From NCBI GenBank assembly GCA_903850915.1, contig CAINMV010000010.1:980-64979 (forward strand): a stretch of DNA of 64,000 bases, written 5' to 3'. Numbering within the stretch: the stretch's first letter is position 1; each line of letters starts with the position of its first letter. The DNA comes from an uncultured Bacteroidota bacterium. GTDB taxonomy: Bacteria; Bacteroidota; Bacteroidia; UKL13-3. The notes under the pieces are model-generated. The model saw only the letters and a list, made by a program, of their open reading frames with translations. It was not told the DNA's origin and searched no databases. The position numbers and the translations under genes are program-made. This document shows, piece by piece, positions 47,735-57,997 of this stretch.

Positions 47735-49546
47735 ATGGATAAAACCGCAAAGACGGGCTTATTACTCATTGGATTATTATTACTCGTTTACTTTTTTGTA
47801 ACCAACCCATCTCGCCAAGATGTAGAAAAGTATAACTCCACAAAAGACTCATTAGCTTTAGTTAATAGGATTCAAGATTCATTAAAAGGAATTGCACCAG
47901 AGGCAGTAAAATCTTCTGATAGCGCTCAAACAATCCAGAAAGACTCCGTAAAAGCAGCACAACTTGGAAATTTCGGCAAACTAGCCCAAGGGATAAACGA
48001 GGAGTGTGTTCTTGAAAATGATGTCATTAAAATTATTTTAAATACCAAAGGCGGTAATATCCGAAGCGTTCAACTAAAAAAATTCTTGCGCGCTGATGGC
48101 ACCGATTTAATCTTACTAGAAAGCGACTTTAATAAGTTTAACATTTCTTTTCCAACAAAGCAGGCACAAACTATAAACACGAATGACCTTTATTTCACTG
48201 CGCCTGTAAAACAAGGAGATAACATTACGCTTACTGCCGCCTTAGACGATAACACTGCATTGATTCAGCATTATAGCCTAAAGCCGGGTAGCTATTTGGT
48301 TGGCTACGACTTGAAGTTTAAAGGGATGAATTCGGTTATTAATTCCCAATCGTTGCAAATTGATTGGAGTGCACGTATCCCAAAACAAGAAAAGGCATTA
48401 ACTCAAGAAATGCAAACCACAACTGTTTGGTATAAACAACCGGATGTGGAGGCCGATAACATTTCAGAGAGCAAAGAAGTGACTGAAGAGTTCCCCTACA
48501 ACCTGCGTTGGATTTCTTTCAAACAAAACTTCTTTAACTCTACATTAATTTGCGAAAAATCGTTTACTAACTCTAGGGTATCGGTGAAAAACATCAACAT
48601 GGGAAACTATGTTAAGGAGCTATCAACTACGGCATATTTACCTTATAATGCGGCAAACACTGACAACGATTATGCTTTGCAATTTTATTTCGGACCAAAC
48701 GACTATAACATCTTAAAAACCCCAGATATTGGTTTAGAGAAAATGGTAAAAGTAGGATGGGGGATATTTGGTTGGGTAAATAAATTCGTTACTATTCCAA
48801 TTTTTAATTTCCTTAGTGGCTTTATGAATAATTTTGGAATTATCATCTTACTGATGACCTTAATTATCAAGCTTGCATTATTTCCAATGGTCTATGGATC
48901 TTACAAGTCAATGGCAAAAATGAAGGTTTTAAAACCAGATATCGACCTGTTAAATGAGAAATTTAAAGATGACATGCAACGTCGTCAGCAAGAGACCATG
49001 AAGCTTTACAAGAAGGCTGGTGTGAGTCCGTTAGGTGGATGCCTTCCGATGCTGTTACAACTTCCATTTTTGATGGCGATGTTTCAATTTTTTCCTTCTT
49101 GTATTGATTTACGCCAAAAAACATTTTTGTGGTGTGCCGACTTATCGACCTATGATTCGATATTGAATTTTGGATTTAATGTTCCTTTTTATGGGGACCA
49201 TATGAGCTTGTGGACCATTTTGATGACCTTGGTAACCTTGGCGATGACAATTTGGAGTAATCAATTTAGCACACAACCAAAAGAGTACAAGTGGATCGGA
49301 TACATTATGCCGATTGTATTCCTAGGCGTGTTCAACAACTATTCTGCTGGATTTTCTTATTATTCTACCATTGCTACTGCCATGACTTTAGGACAACAAT
49401 TAATTGCACGTAAATTAGTGGATGACAAAAAGTTAATTGCTCAAATTGAAGCTAATAAGATCCGCCCGGAAAGCCAAACAAAATCAGCATTTCAACGACG
49501 ACTTGATGAGGCAATGAAGCAACAGCAGTCAAAAAAGAAAAAATAA
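47735..49546 (+). CDS. yidC: membrane protein insertase YidC (long Bacteroidota form)
   Basis: 603 aa; large periplasmic domain plus C-terminal 5-TM Oxa1 core. Confidence 0.85.
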   Translation: MDKTAKTGLLLIGLLLLVYFFVTNPSRQDVEKYNSTKDSLALVNRIQDSLKGIAPEAVKSSDSAQTIQKDSVKAAQLGNFGKLAQGINEECVLENDVIKIILNTKGGNIRSVQLKKFLRADGTDLILLESDFNKFNISFPTKQAQTINTNDLYFTAPVKQGDNITLTAALDDNTALIQHYSLKPGSYLVGYDLKFKGMNSVINSQSLQIDWSARIPKQEKALTQEMQTTTVWYKQPDVEADNISESKEVTEEFPYNLRWISFKQNFFNSTLICEKSFTNSRVSVKNINMGNYVKELSTTAYLPYNAANTDNDYALQFYFGPNDYNILKTPDIGLEKMVKVGWGIFGWVNKFVTIPIFNFLSGFMNNFGIIILLMTLIIKLALFPMVYGSYKSMAKMKVLKPDIDLLNEKFKDDMQRRQQETMKLYKKAGVSPLGGCLPMLLQLPFLMAMFQFFPSCIDLRQKTFLWCADLSTYDSILNFGFNVPFYGDHMSLWTILMTLVTLAMTIWSNQFSTQPKEYKWIGYIMPIVFLGVFNNYSAGFSYYSTIATAMTLGQQLIARKLVDDKKLIAQIEANKIRPESQTKSAFQRRLDEAMKQQQSKKKK

Positions 49547-49588
49547 CCGAGATTCACGCTCCGCTTTTTTATGCAATAGACTTGCAAA

Positions 49589-50215
49589 CTAATTTTCATT
49601 TAAAGCTTCGAGATGCAATGTGTTGCAGGCCTCAATCATGGTAAACTTACCTTCTTTATATCTAATTATGTATAGGCATAAATTCGTGTGGTTAAACTCG
49701 TCCATCTGATGGAGTGGTTGCTCTAGAAGCAAGCAAAGGAAGGCCCTAAGGTAACGCCCATGCGTAGCGATAAGTATATTTCTTGACGCAGTATCTTTCA
49801 ATATTTTCTTTAGTGCAATTTTTTGTCGCTCCTGCAATTGCAAAGGAGTTTCAGCATTCTTATACGCCAAATGTAAATTCCCTTTTTGCCATTCACTAAT
49901 AATATTTAGATAGCGATCGTGCATTTCCGGGGAGATTGCCACCCCTTCAAAATCACCCCAACTTATCTCATTTAACTCTGGGACTATCTCTAATGGAATA
50001 CCCTTCTTTATAAAGGAAGCAACACTTTGATGCGTTCTTTTTAGACCAGAAACATAGATTTTGTCAAACGGAAACGAGCTAAAATGGCTGTAAAAAGCAG
50101 CAGCTTGCATTCTGCCTTTTTCGTTTAGATCACTGTCGATGCCACTACCTTGCACCATACCCGATTTATTAAAATCGGTTTCACCATGCCTTATTATATA
50201 AAAATTTTGCTCCAT
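49589..50215 (-). CDS. histidine phosphatase family protein (phosphoglycerate-mutase-like)
   Basis: RHGETDFN catalytic motif at the N-terminus. Confidence 0.75.
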   Translation of the reverse strand: MEQNFYIIRHGETDFNKSGMVQGSGIDSDLNEKGRMQAAAFYSHFSSFPFDKIYVSGLKRTHQSVASFIKKGIPLEIVPELNEISWGDFEGVAISPEMHDRYLNIISEWQKGNLHLAYKNAETPLQLQERQKIALKKILKDTASRNILIATHGRYLRAFLCLLLEQPLHQMDEFNHTNLCLYIIRYKEGKFTMIEACNTLHLEALNEN

Positions 50216-50319
50216 GTTTATTTGATATAAAATCGCAACGCATTGATTTTTAATTATTTATTTACAGTAGATTAATTGCTTAATCGTACCTTAGTGGCCA
50301 CAAATTAAGTCAAATAAAT

Positions 50320-50829
50320 TTGAAGCAGGCAGAAGAATTGAGTGATTGGTATGCATTTTATACCTTCCCAAGAGCAGAAAAGAAAGTCGCAGAGCTGCTA
50401 GGGAAGCATAATCATGAATATTATCTGCCACTCATTAAGACATTAAAACAGTGGAGTGATAGAAAAAAAATAGTCATAGAGCCTGTCTTTAAAAGTTATA
50501 TTTTTGTTAATATAAAAGAGCACTTCATAAAAAATATTTTACCACTTGAGGGGATATTAAAGGTGGTGCATTTCGGTGGAATAGCACAAAAAATCCCATC
50601 AACTGAACTCAATTATTTGAGGCTTCTTCTAGAGTATCCTGATGAAATAGAAATTCAAAATCACCTTCAAGAAGGCGATAGAGTGCGCGTCATACAAGGG
50701 CCTTTAGCTGGTGCCTTTGGATTTTTAAGCCATCAAAACAAGAAAAATTTCAGCATCAACATTGACATTATTGGCCAAAGTATTGCAGTACAAATCAAAA
50801 GTGCCTATTTGGAAAAATTAACGAATTAA
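50320..50829 (+). CDS. UpxY-family (NusG-like) transcription antiterminator
   Basis: 169 aa with NGN domain (WYAFYTFPRAEKKVAE..., KSYIFV) and C-terminal KOW-like motif (GDRVRVIQGPLAG). Confidence 0.7.
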   Translation: MKQAEELSDWYAFYTFPRAEKKVAELLGKHNHEYYLPLIKTLKQWSDRKKIVIEPVFKSYIFVNIKEHFIKNILPLEGILKVVHFGGIAQKIPSTELNYLRLLLEYPDEIEIQNHLQEGDRVRVIQGPLAGAFGFLSHQNKKNFSINIDIIGQSIAVQIKSAYLEKLTN

Positions 50830-50970
50830 TCCGCAACCTTTTACCATTCATTGCGTATTAGAGATAGGAGGATATTTCAAAGCTTGATTAAAATTACAGA
50901 GTTATTACCTACTAGGCTTTTTTTTATGGTTATTTAATCGGAAATTTGTTCGTTATTTCAGCCCAATAGA

Positions 50971-53900
50971 ATGTTGAAAAAAATTATCTTTTTATTAATG
51001 CTATTCGCAATCGCCTTTGAAGCGAGTGCCACGCATTTGCTGGGTGGGATAATGACCTACAAATACCTCGGACGAACGGGACCAGGACAAACAAAAGCCA
51101 TCTATTTAATTACGATTACTGTTTATCGTGATTGCCTGAATGGGCAAGCTGATTTTGATGACCCATTAAAATTAGGCATTTATGATCAGAATCAGAATCT
51201 TCTAGCTCCATTCATCAACGTCGACTTAGCTCAGCGGACCAAAGTAAATCCTCCAAACGGCGGCGTGAACTGCAATTTCAGTGCAAATGTTTGCATCGAA
51301 GAAGGAATTTACTATAAACAAGTGGTACTTGATGTGAATCAGGAGTGGCATATATGGTATCAGCGTTGTTGCCGAAATGCCCAAATCAATTTATCCGACG
51401 ACTATGGCCAATCTTATTATTGTAAAATTCCGGCAGCCTCACAATACCAAGATAATTCGCCAGTAATAAACGGTGTGCCTGCTCCCTATTTATGTGTTGG
51501 CGATACCGTGACATATAGCAATGCCGCTACCGATGCAGATGGTGATTCGCTCGTATATAGCCTGCAACAGCCTTGGACTGGAGCCGACAAAATATCGCCT
51601 GCACCAGATCCTCCATCATATATCCCTATTCCACTTCCGTTATCACAATACAAGCCTGGTTATAGCTTCGCCTCCCCTTTCGGTGCTGGAGGTATACTTA
51701 CCATTAACTCTCAAACCGGACTTACCACCTTGCGTGTTCCGACAGTAGGACAGTTCTCATTTGCAGTAGTTGTAAAACAATATCGTAAAATAAATGGCGT
51801 ATGGGTTTACCTCAGTGAGATACGCAGAGATTTGCAGCTGATTGCCATTAATTGCACCCCAAATAAAAAGCCATTAGTCAACGTCACTGGGGTTCCTGAT
51901 GGCAATGGTGGTTATAGCTATTCCGTTGAGGCTGGAGAAAAGCTATGTTTTAATATCGGATATTCTGATCCAGATTTTACCGCAAATGCGCCACAGCGAT
52001 TGATGAAACTAACTGCATTTGGCGACATCTTAAATGGCACCAATGGTTATTTTGGTCCCTTAGCCACATTAACAAAGACAATGTCAACACCGTCGGCGAT
52101 TGCATATGAATTTTGCTGGCAAACATCCTGTATTCCAACATCATTGGCCCGCACTTACCCTTATCCATTCACCGTTACCGTTTCTGACTCAGGATGCCCT
52201 CCAAAATCCGTTTCAACGGATATCAACGTTTATGTTACACCTTATTTGAGTAATATTACCATTGTTGGAAATAATCAACCTTGCGAGAAGAATTCAAATA
52301 CATATGTTGCCTCGAGTAAAAAAGGAGTTAAGTTTAATTGGACTATTATCGGCCCGGGAACAATAATTTCAGGCCAAGGCACAAATACAATTCAGGTGCG
52401 CTGGAACAATGCCGGAGCGGGAAGTATTATTGTAAATGATACTACAGCCTCGGGGTGCGTTGGAGCGCCATTCATCTACCCAGTAACAATTTACCCCACC
52501 CCAATTATTAACTACAGCATCATTGGCGACAGTGTAATTTGCGAAGGGGCAATAAGTAGTTATAAATTAAGTTTCACTCCGCCTTCAGTTTATACATGGA
52601 TTGTAGTTGGCGGAACACAAATTTCGGGAGGAAACACCGGCACAATAGCCGTTAAATGGAATAAAGCGGGTACTGGTAAAATAAGGCTGGTTGAAATAAG
52701 CGCTCATGGCTGCGTTAGTGACACTTTAAATTTCCCAGTTAGGATAACAAAAGTGGTTATCGACAGCATAATGGGTCCTCGATCTGTTTGTCCGAACATT
52801 ACATTTGTCGAATATAAAACCGACTTCATTCAGGGGGCCACATATCAATGGTTTGTAACCGGAGGAACACAGTCAGGTGGCGGAAATAGCAATAAAATAA
52901 CGATCAACTGGGGCGGAGTGGGTACTGGCAAAGTTAAGGTTTTTGTCATTAGCAAAGAAGGGTGTTTAAGTGATACCGTTTACGCAACAGTCATCATTAA
53001 CCATGTTATTCAAGGGTTCACTCCTATAGGCGATACCATAGTTTGTGAGTTTGAACAAAACAAATCATACGAGGTGGTATATACCCGTCGCTCAATATAT
53101 ACTTGGTTTGTAACTGGAGGAACAAATTTAAACGCTGGCACTACGCTACCAAAAATAACCGTTAATTGGGGGGCCGCAGGCATCGGAAAGGTAACTTGTA
53201 TTGAAACTAGTTTTGATAGTATTAACAACCTACCATGCAATGGATTGCCTGCCACATTAAACGTGCGGATAAGTCCAACACCGGCAGCAAATTTAATTCT
53301 AGGAGATAAATTTCTTTGCCAGACTAGCTTGCCAACCACCTATATACTGGCTGGATATAATGGCTCTAGATATACGTGGTGGAAAGACAATGACAGTTCA
53401 AATATTATTGGCCAGGGCACGAAGACTTCTACATTTATTTGGAACACCCCTGGAGTTTTTAAGATATCTGTCTTAGAAATTTCAAAAGACAGTTGTATTG
53501 GCAACCGCATTGACACCTTTGTTACTGTCCATCCAAAGCCAACAACAACAACCATTTCAGGACAAACAACGGTTTGCTTTCCAAATAACACAGGCAAGGC
53601 CTATAGTGTGAAAGGCTTCGCAAATTCTGTTTTCAACTGGAAAGCAACCAATGGAAGAATTGTGAGCGGTGGAAATGGCAATCAAGTAATTGTAGATTGG
53701 GATGATGTTCAAAACGGAGCACTGCAAGTAGTAGAAATTTCAGAGTTTGGCTGTATCGGAGACACACAATATATTGCAGTTTTTGTTGACCATCCGCTTA
53801 TTGTCATTAAATCTGTAGGCGATGAATTTAACAACGAACATAATATTATTTTGCAATGGCGGTTAGTTAATGCACCACGCTACAACAGCAATTTTGAGAT

Positions 53901-54621
53901 TTGGCGTAGAATCGCATTCAGCAATTCACCATTTATTATGGTGGACACCGTTTCAAAAAACGACACTGTGTATGTTCACAAATATCAAAACACCGATGAA
54001 ACAGCATATGAATATTCTGTTCGAATTAAAAACCTCTGCAAAGACAATATTGACGCACCTTACCATCGGAATATACTCCTTTTGGGTGCCAAAGCGAATG
54101 ACGATAAGTATGCCGTGGTTTTAAATTGGAATAAGTACTTTGGATGGAATAATGTAAGACGTTATGAAATTTATAGAAAACTTGGCGAGAATGGAAATTA
54201 TGAATTGTATGAGCTCACCAGCGATACAAGCTCCGATTATAAAAATGGTTTCGATAGCTATTTCCAATGTTATCGTGTTAAAGCCATCGAAAACATCGGA
54301 GGCTTCGATCAGGAGAGTTGGAGTAATGAAGTTTGTTTTGGTTTTGACCCGATCGTTTGGATTCCAAATGCCTTTACACCGGATGGGAATGATTTAAATG
54401 ACTTATATGAGATTTTCACTGCATCAATAAAAGAGTTTCATATTCAAATTTATGACCGATGGGGAGAGAAGCTATTTGAGAGCGACAACCCAAAAGTAAG
54501 TTGGGACGGCACTTACAAAGGTAAAACCTGCCAAATGGATGCATATATTTATATGGTTCAATACAAAGGTTTCGACAACAAACGAGTGATAAAAAGTGGC
54601 ACGGTAACCTTGCTTCGTTAA
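50971..54621 (+). CDS. large secreted adhesin-like protein with T9SS type-B C-terminal sorting domain
   Basis: Signal peptide; cadherin-like DADGDSLVYSL motif; six ~85-aa tandem repeats; two FN3-like modules; C-terminal block IPNAFTPDGNDLND...KGFDNKRVIKSGTVTLLR characteristic of the gliding-motility/T9SS type-B CTD. Confidence 0.8.
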   Translation: MLKKIIFLLMLFAIAFEASATHLLGGIMTYKYLGRTGPGQTKAIYLITITVYRDCLNGQADFDDPLKLGIYDQNQNLLAPFINVDLAQRTKVNPPNGGVNCNFSANVCIEEGIYYKQVVLDVNQEWHIWYQRCCRNAQINLSDDYGQSYYCKIPAASQYQDNSPVINGVPAPYLCVGDTVTYSNAATDADGDSLVYSLQQPWTGADKISPAPDPPSYIPIPLPLSQYKPGYSFASPFGAGGILTINSQTGLTTLRVPTVGQFSFAVVVKQYRKINGVWVYLSEIRRDLQLIAINCTPNKKPLVNVTGVPDGNGGYSYSVEAGEKLCFNIGYSDPDFTANAPQRLMKLTAFGDILNGTNGYFGPLATLTKTMSTPSAIAYEFCWQTSCIPTSLARTYPYPFTVTVSDSGCPPKSVSTDINVYVTPYLSNITIVGNNQPCEKNSNTYVASSKKGVKFNWTIIGPGTIISGQGTNTIQVRWNNAGAGSIIVNDTTASGCVGAPFIYPVTIYPTPIINYSIIGDSVICEGAISSYKLSFTPPSVYTWIVVGGTQISGGNTGTIAVKWNKAGTGKIRLVEISAHGCVSDTLNFPVRITKVVIDSIMGPRSVCPNITFVEYKTDFIQGATYQWFVTGGTQSGGGNSNKITINWGGVGTGKVKVFVISKEGCLSDTVYATVIINHVIQGFTPIGDTIVCEFEQNKSYEVVYTRRSIYTWFVTGGTNLNAGTTLPKITVNWGAAGIGKVTCIETSFDSINNLPCNGLPATLNVRISPTPAANLILGDKFLCQTSLPTTYILAGYNGSRYTWWKDNDSSNIIGQGTKTSTFIWNTPGVFKISVLEISKDSCIGNRIDTFVTVHPKPTTTTISGQTTVCFPNNTGKAYSVKGFANSVFNWKATNGRIVSGGNGNQVIVDWDDVQNGALQVVEISEFGCIGDTQYIAVFVDHPLIVIKSVGDEFNNEHNIILQWRLVNAPRYNSNFEIWRRIAFSNSPFIMVDTVSKNDTVYVHKYQNTDETAYEYSVRIKNLCKDNIDAPYHRNILLLGAKANDDKYAVVLNWNKYFGWNNVRRYEIYRKLGENGNYELYELTSDTSSDYKNGFDSYFQCYRVKAIENIGGFDQESWSNEVCFGFDPIVWIPNAFTPDGNDLNDLYEIFTASIKEFHIQIYDRWGEKLFESDNPKVSWDGTYKGKTCQMDAYIYMVQYKGFDNKRVIKSGTVTLLR
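52255..53797 (+). repeat. six in-frame tandem ~85-aa protein repeats inside the adhesin gene
   Basis: Each unit carries conserved C...Y..W.V.GG(T)...GG..N.I.V.W...G.GK..V.EIS..GC.SDT....V.I. Confidence 0.7.
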
Positions 54622-55479
54622 TTGACGTTTTACTTGCTTGTTTTTCAAATTTATTTATTGAATGGATGCATGTATCTTTGCGCTATGCAGTATACAGGAA
54701 GCATAGAAAAGATGGAAACACAATTAGCCAAAGAGGTGCTATATTGGTTGCCATTAGGCGATGAACGCGTGCTAATGAATGAATTTATTGGTGAGCCAAT
54801 TTCTCTTCGTTATGAAAACCAAATTAATTGTATCGTTTGCGGAAGAACAACGGTAAAATCATTTGCACAGGGATTATGCTACCCTTGTTTCTCAAAAAGC
54901 CCTGAGAATGCCGAATGTATTATTCGCCCCGAACTTTGCAGAGGACACCTCGGTGAAGGAAGAGACCCTGCTTGGGAATTAGCACATCATGTAAAACCAC
55001 ATTTTGTTTACCTTGCCGCAAGTAGCGATATAAAAGTTGGCGTTACACGCGACACTCAAGTTCCAATTCGATGGATAGATCAAGGTGCTGATGCAGCCAT
55101 ATTATTCGCAAATACACCCAATCGCTATTTAGCCGGCGCTATAGAAGTATTATTAAAAAACTTCCTTACCGACAAAACTGATTGGAGGAAAATGTTAAAA
55201 GGAGAAAGAACAACCAAGAACCTTTTAGAAATTAAAGAATCCTTGCGGTCGCACTTAGGTGAAGCATTTTCGATGTATTACACCGAAGATAATACGATTA
55301 CAAACATGATTTACCCAGTGCTTAATTTTCCTGAAAAAGTGACTAGCATTGGATTTGAAAAAACACCTGAAATAAGTGGTGTTTTAAACGGCATTAAAGG
55401 GCAATATTTAATTTTTGATGACAACAATGTGATGAATATACGAGCCCACGGAGGTTATAATATAACATTAGAAGTCTAA
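54622..55479 (+). CDS. DUF2797-like protein; alternative start at Met 54712
   Basis: CxxC...C.PC zinc-ribbon-like N-terminal part and conserved C-terminal part typical of DUF2797. Start codon abuts the adhesin stop. Confidence 0.5.
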   Translation: MTFYLLVFQIYLLNGCMYLCAMQYTGSIEKMETQLAKEVLYWLPLGDERVLMNEFIGEPISLRYENQINCIVCGRTTVKSFAQGLCYPCFSKSPENAECIIRPELCRGHLGEGRDPAWELAHHVKPHFVYLAASSDIKVGVTRDTQVPIRWIDQGADAAILFANTPNRYLAGAIEVLLKNFLTDKTDWRKMLKGERTTKNLLEIKESLRSHLGEAFSMYYTEDNTITNMIYPVLNFPEKVTSIGFEKTPEISGVLNGIKGQYLIFDDNNVMNIRAHGGYNITLEV

Positions 55480-55495
55480 TATATACTTTCTGGAA

Positions 55496-56494
55496 ATGAA
55501 AATCTTGATTATACGTTTTAGCTCTATCGGAGACATTGTACTAACAACGCCAATAATTCGTTGCCTTCGAAAAGCATATCCAGAGTCTCAAATACATTAC
55601 TTAACAAAGTACAATTTTAGAAGTAGCATTGCCAACAACCCATACATCAACTTTTACCATCTTCACAAAAACGACATAAATAAAACGATAGCTGAATTAA
55701 AAAAAGAGGATTTTGATTATGTAATAGACTTACATCACAACTTTAGAAGTGCAATTGTAAAACTGCGTTTAGGAGTAAAAAGCTATTCTTTCCCAAAGTT
55801 AAATTTCGAAAAATGGCTTTTAGTGAAATTTAAAATCAATAGATTGCCTTCGATACATATTGTAGATCGATTTTTTCAAACCGTTGCACCACTAGGTGTG
55901 AAAAATGATGGCCAAGGACTAGATTTTTTTATCCCAGATGTAGATGTCGTTTCCCCAGCGATATATGGAACACAATTTAGTAGTGGATATGTAGCGTTAG
56001 TTTTGGGAGGCACCTTTGACACTAAAAAGCTACCTATACAGAAAGTAATTCAATTATGCCTTCAAATTAGTCATCCTATAATTTTACTTGGAGGCAGAGC
56101 GGAATTGGAAAGCGCGGAAGTCATTGTTAAAAATCTCGGTCATAACAAAGTATATTGCGCGGTTAACAAACTTACCATTGCTCAATCTGCTTCATTAATA
56201 AAACAAGCAAATGTTGTTATCACAAACGATACAGGGATGATGCATATTGCAGCCGCTTTTAAAAAGAGAATAATTTCGGTTTGGGGTAACACACTTCCAG
56301 AATTTGGCATGACCCCTTATTATGGCAACAAAGAACTTGAATTACAAAGATCCACAATGGTAGAAGTACGAAATCTATCTTGCAGGCCATGTAGTAAGTT
56401 GGGGTATAGCAGTTGCCCACAAAAACACTTTCGATGCATGAATGAGATTAGCGAATCGACAATACTAGATGCTGTAAACCTAGCTAAGTTTTAA
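55496..56494 (+). CDS. glycosyltransferase family 9 (heptosyltransferase-like)
   Basis: N-terminal ILIIRFSSIGDIVLTTP and C-terminal TNDTGMMHIAAA motifs of GT9. Confidence 0.8.
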   Translation: MKILIIRFSSIGDIVLTTPIIRCLRKAYPESQIHYLTKYNFRSSIANNPYINFYHLHKNDINKTIAELKKEDFDYVIDLHHNFRSAIVKLRLGVKSYSFPKLNFEKWLLVKFKINRLPSIHIVDRFFQTVAPLGVKNDGQGLDFFIPDVDVVSPAIYGTQFSSGYVALVLGGTFDTKKLPIQKVIQLCLQISHPIILLGGRAELESAEVIVKNLGHNKVYCAVNKLTIAQSASLIKQANVVITNDTGMMHIAAAFKKRIISVWGNTLPEFGMTPYYGNKELELQRSTMVEVRNLSCRPCSKLGYSSCPQKHFRCMNEISESTILDAVNLAKF

Positions 56495-56507
56495 AAAAAC
56501 AGGGTGA

Positions 56508-57821
56508 CTATCGTTTCTTTTCTTTAAAAAGGATATCGTATTTGGCAAGCTCCTCTAGCATTGGCAAATAAAACGAAGATTGTGTTGGAATTGCAACACC
56601 TTTCTCTTTTATTTTTTTACTTAAGATTAATTTAGCCGCAATACCAAGAGGCAATCCTACTGTTTTTGACATAGCAGTATATACTTCTGTTTCCCCTTCA
56701 ATTTGCAAAGTTGAAGTAACCTGATGCATTTTATTTTTCAGTTTGTAACTTATCAAATGTTGCATTAAGATCATATCTAGATCGCCTTTTTCAAGCTTCC
56801 ACTTGCGCTCTAGCAAATGCTGCAAGGCATCTGCCGGCGAGGCATCACGAAGCGATATTTTATTTTGCTCCAACAAACCCAACCATGCGATCTTATTTAT
56901 TACAGATGGATTATTGGTAAATTGCTCTAGCTTTTTCTTAATCGATTTGTTATTTGATGGCATTAGCGCTTCAAGCAAATCCGCATAGGTGATTTTTGAA
57001 GAGTTTAATTTATAGCTATCGTCGGTAACTCCTATTTTCACCAGTACATCCCAAGCTTCACAGAAACCGCTTTTGCGCAATGTGCCTCTTAACATAGTTT
57101 GTACACTATGTAAATTATAGCTATTTATATAGGAAAGCGAATCACGATTTGCATAGCCATCGTAAAGCACTCCATTAATTTTTATTTTTTCAATTTGATT
57201 AAAAATACGTTGTGGAGGAATAAATTGCAGTTTGCCGTCTTCTAAATAACGTGCCGTTTGATTTCCGGCTAACACTATATTACGAGGATTCCACGTAATT
57301 TTATAATTCCAAGGATTGTTATCATATTCGTTTGCAATTAAACCTCCACAGTAAGACTTAAATGAAAAAACAGAACCTTTTTGCCCATGAATATCATCAA
57401 TAATTTTCTTAGCACTCATGTGATCAATGCCGGGATCGAGACCACACTCGTTTAAGAATAAAACACCTGCACGCTCAGCCGCCTTATGAAGCGCTTTCAT
57501 CTCTTCGGTAAGGTATGATGCCGTAACCAAGTGCTTTCTATTTAGCAAGCAAATTTTAGCTACCTCAGCATGCATCGAAGGAGGAAGTAAGGAGATTACC
57601 AAATCGTTCATGCTCACTAATTTTGTTAGTGCATTTAGATTGTTGGCATCAAGCCAAGTGGCTTGAGCAAAATTATTCCTTCCAATTTTTTTTTGAGCCG
57701 CCCGAATATCGCTATCCGCAATAGTAATTTGCCATTCAAAGGCAATAGCCTGTTCGGTTAAATATTTTATTAAATAGGATGACGATTTGCCTGCACCTAA
57801 AACAAGAATCTTTTTTCGCAT
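56508..57821 (-). CDS. saccharopine dehydrogenase family protein; start at MRKKILVLGAG
   Basis: NAD(P)-binding GxGxxS N-terminus and saccharopine dehydrogenase-like C-terminal domain. Confidence 0.75.
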   Translation of the reverse strand: MRKKILVLGAGKSSSYLIKYLTEQAIAFEWQITIADSDIRAAQKKIGRNNFAQATWLDANNLNALTKLVSMNDLVISLLPPSMHAEVAKICLLNRKHLVTASYLTEEMKALHKAAERAGVLFLNECGLDPGIDHMSAKKIIDDIHGQKGSVFSFKSYCGGLIANEYDNNPWNYKITWNPRNIVLAGNQTARYLEDGKLQFIPPQRIFNQIEKIKINGVLYDGYANRDSLSYINSYNLHSVQTMLRGTLRKSGFCEAWDVLVKIGVTDDSYKLNSSKITYADLLEALMPSNNKSIKKKLEQFTNNPSVINKIAWLGLLEQNKISLRDASPADALQHLLERKWKLEKGDLDMILMQHLISYKLKNKMHQVTSTLQIEGETEVYTAMSKTVGLPLGIAAKLILSKKIKEKGVAIPTQSSFYLPMLEELAKYDILFKEKKR

Positions 57822-57997
57822 AATAAAATCAGTTACGCAAAAATACATTTTAGATAACATATTTCTTGTAGTTTATTCAAAACAGATGCTATCGTTTTCA
57901 GACAACAATTACTTCTCATCCCACTTAAAAAAGAAGAAGAAATTTGACAACTCGCAAGAAGTTTTATTCACCTTATAAATTAAGAATTTACACGAAT

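Noticed and set aside
50830-50970. Terminator-like element cctactaggcttttttttatgg between the UpxY and adhesin genes
   Set aside because: The stem is only a 4-bp palindrome with a 1-nt loop, not a credible hairpin. It is more likely part of the adhesin promoter or leader.
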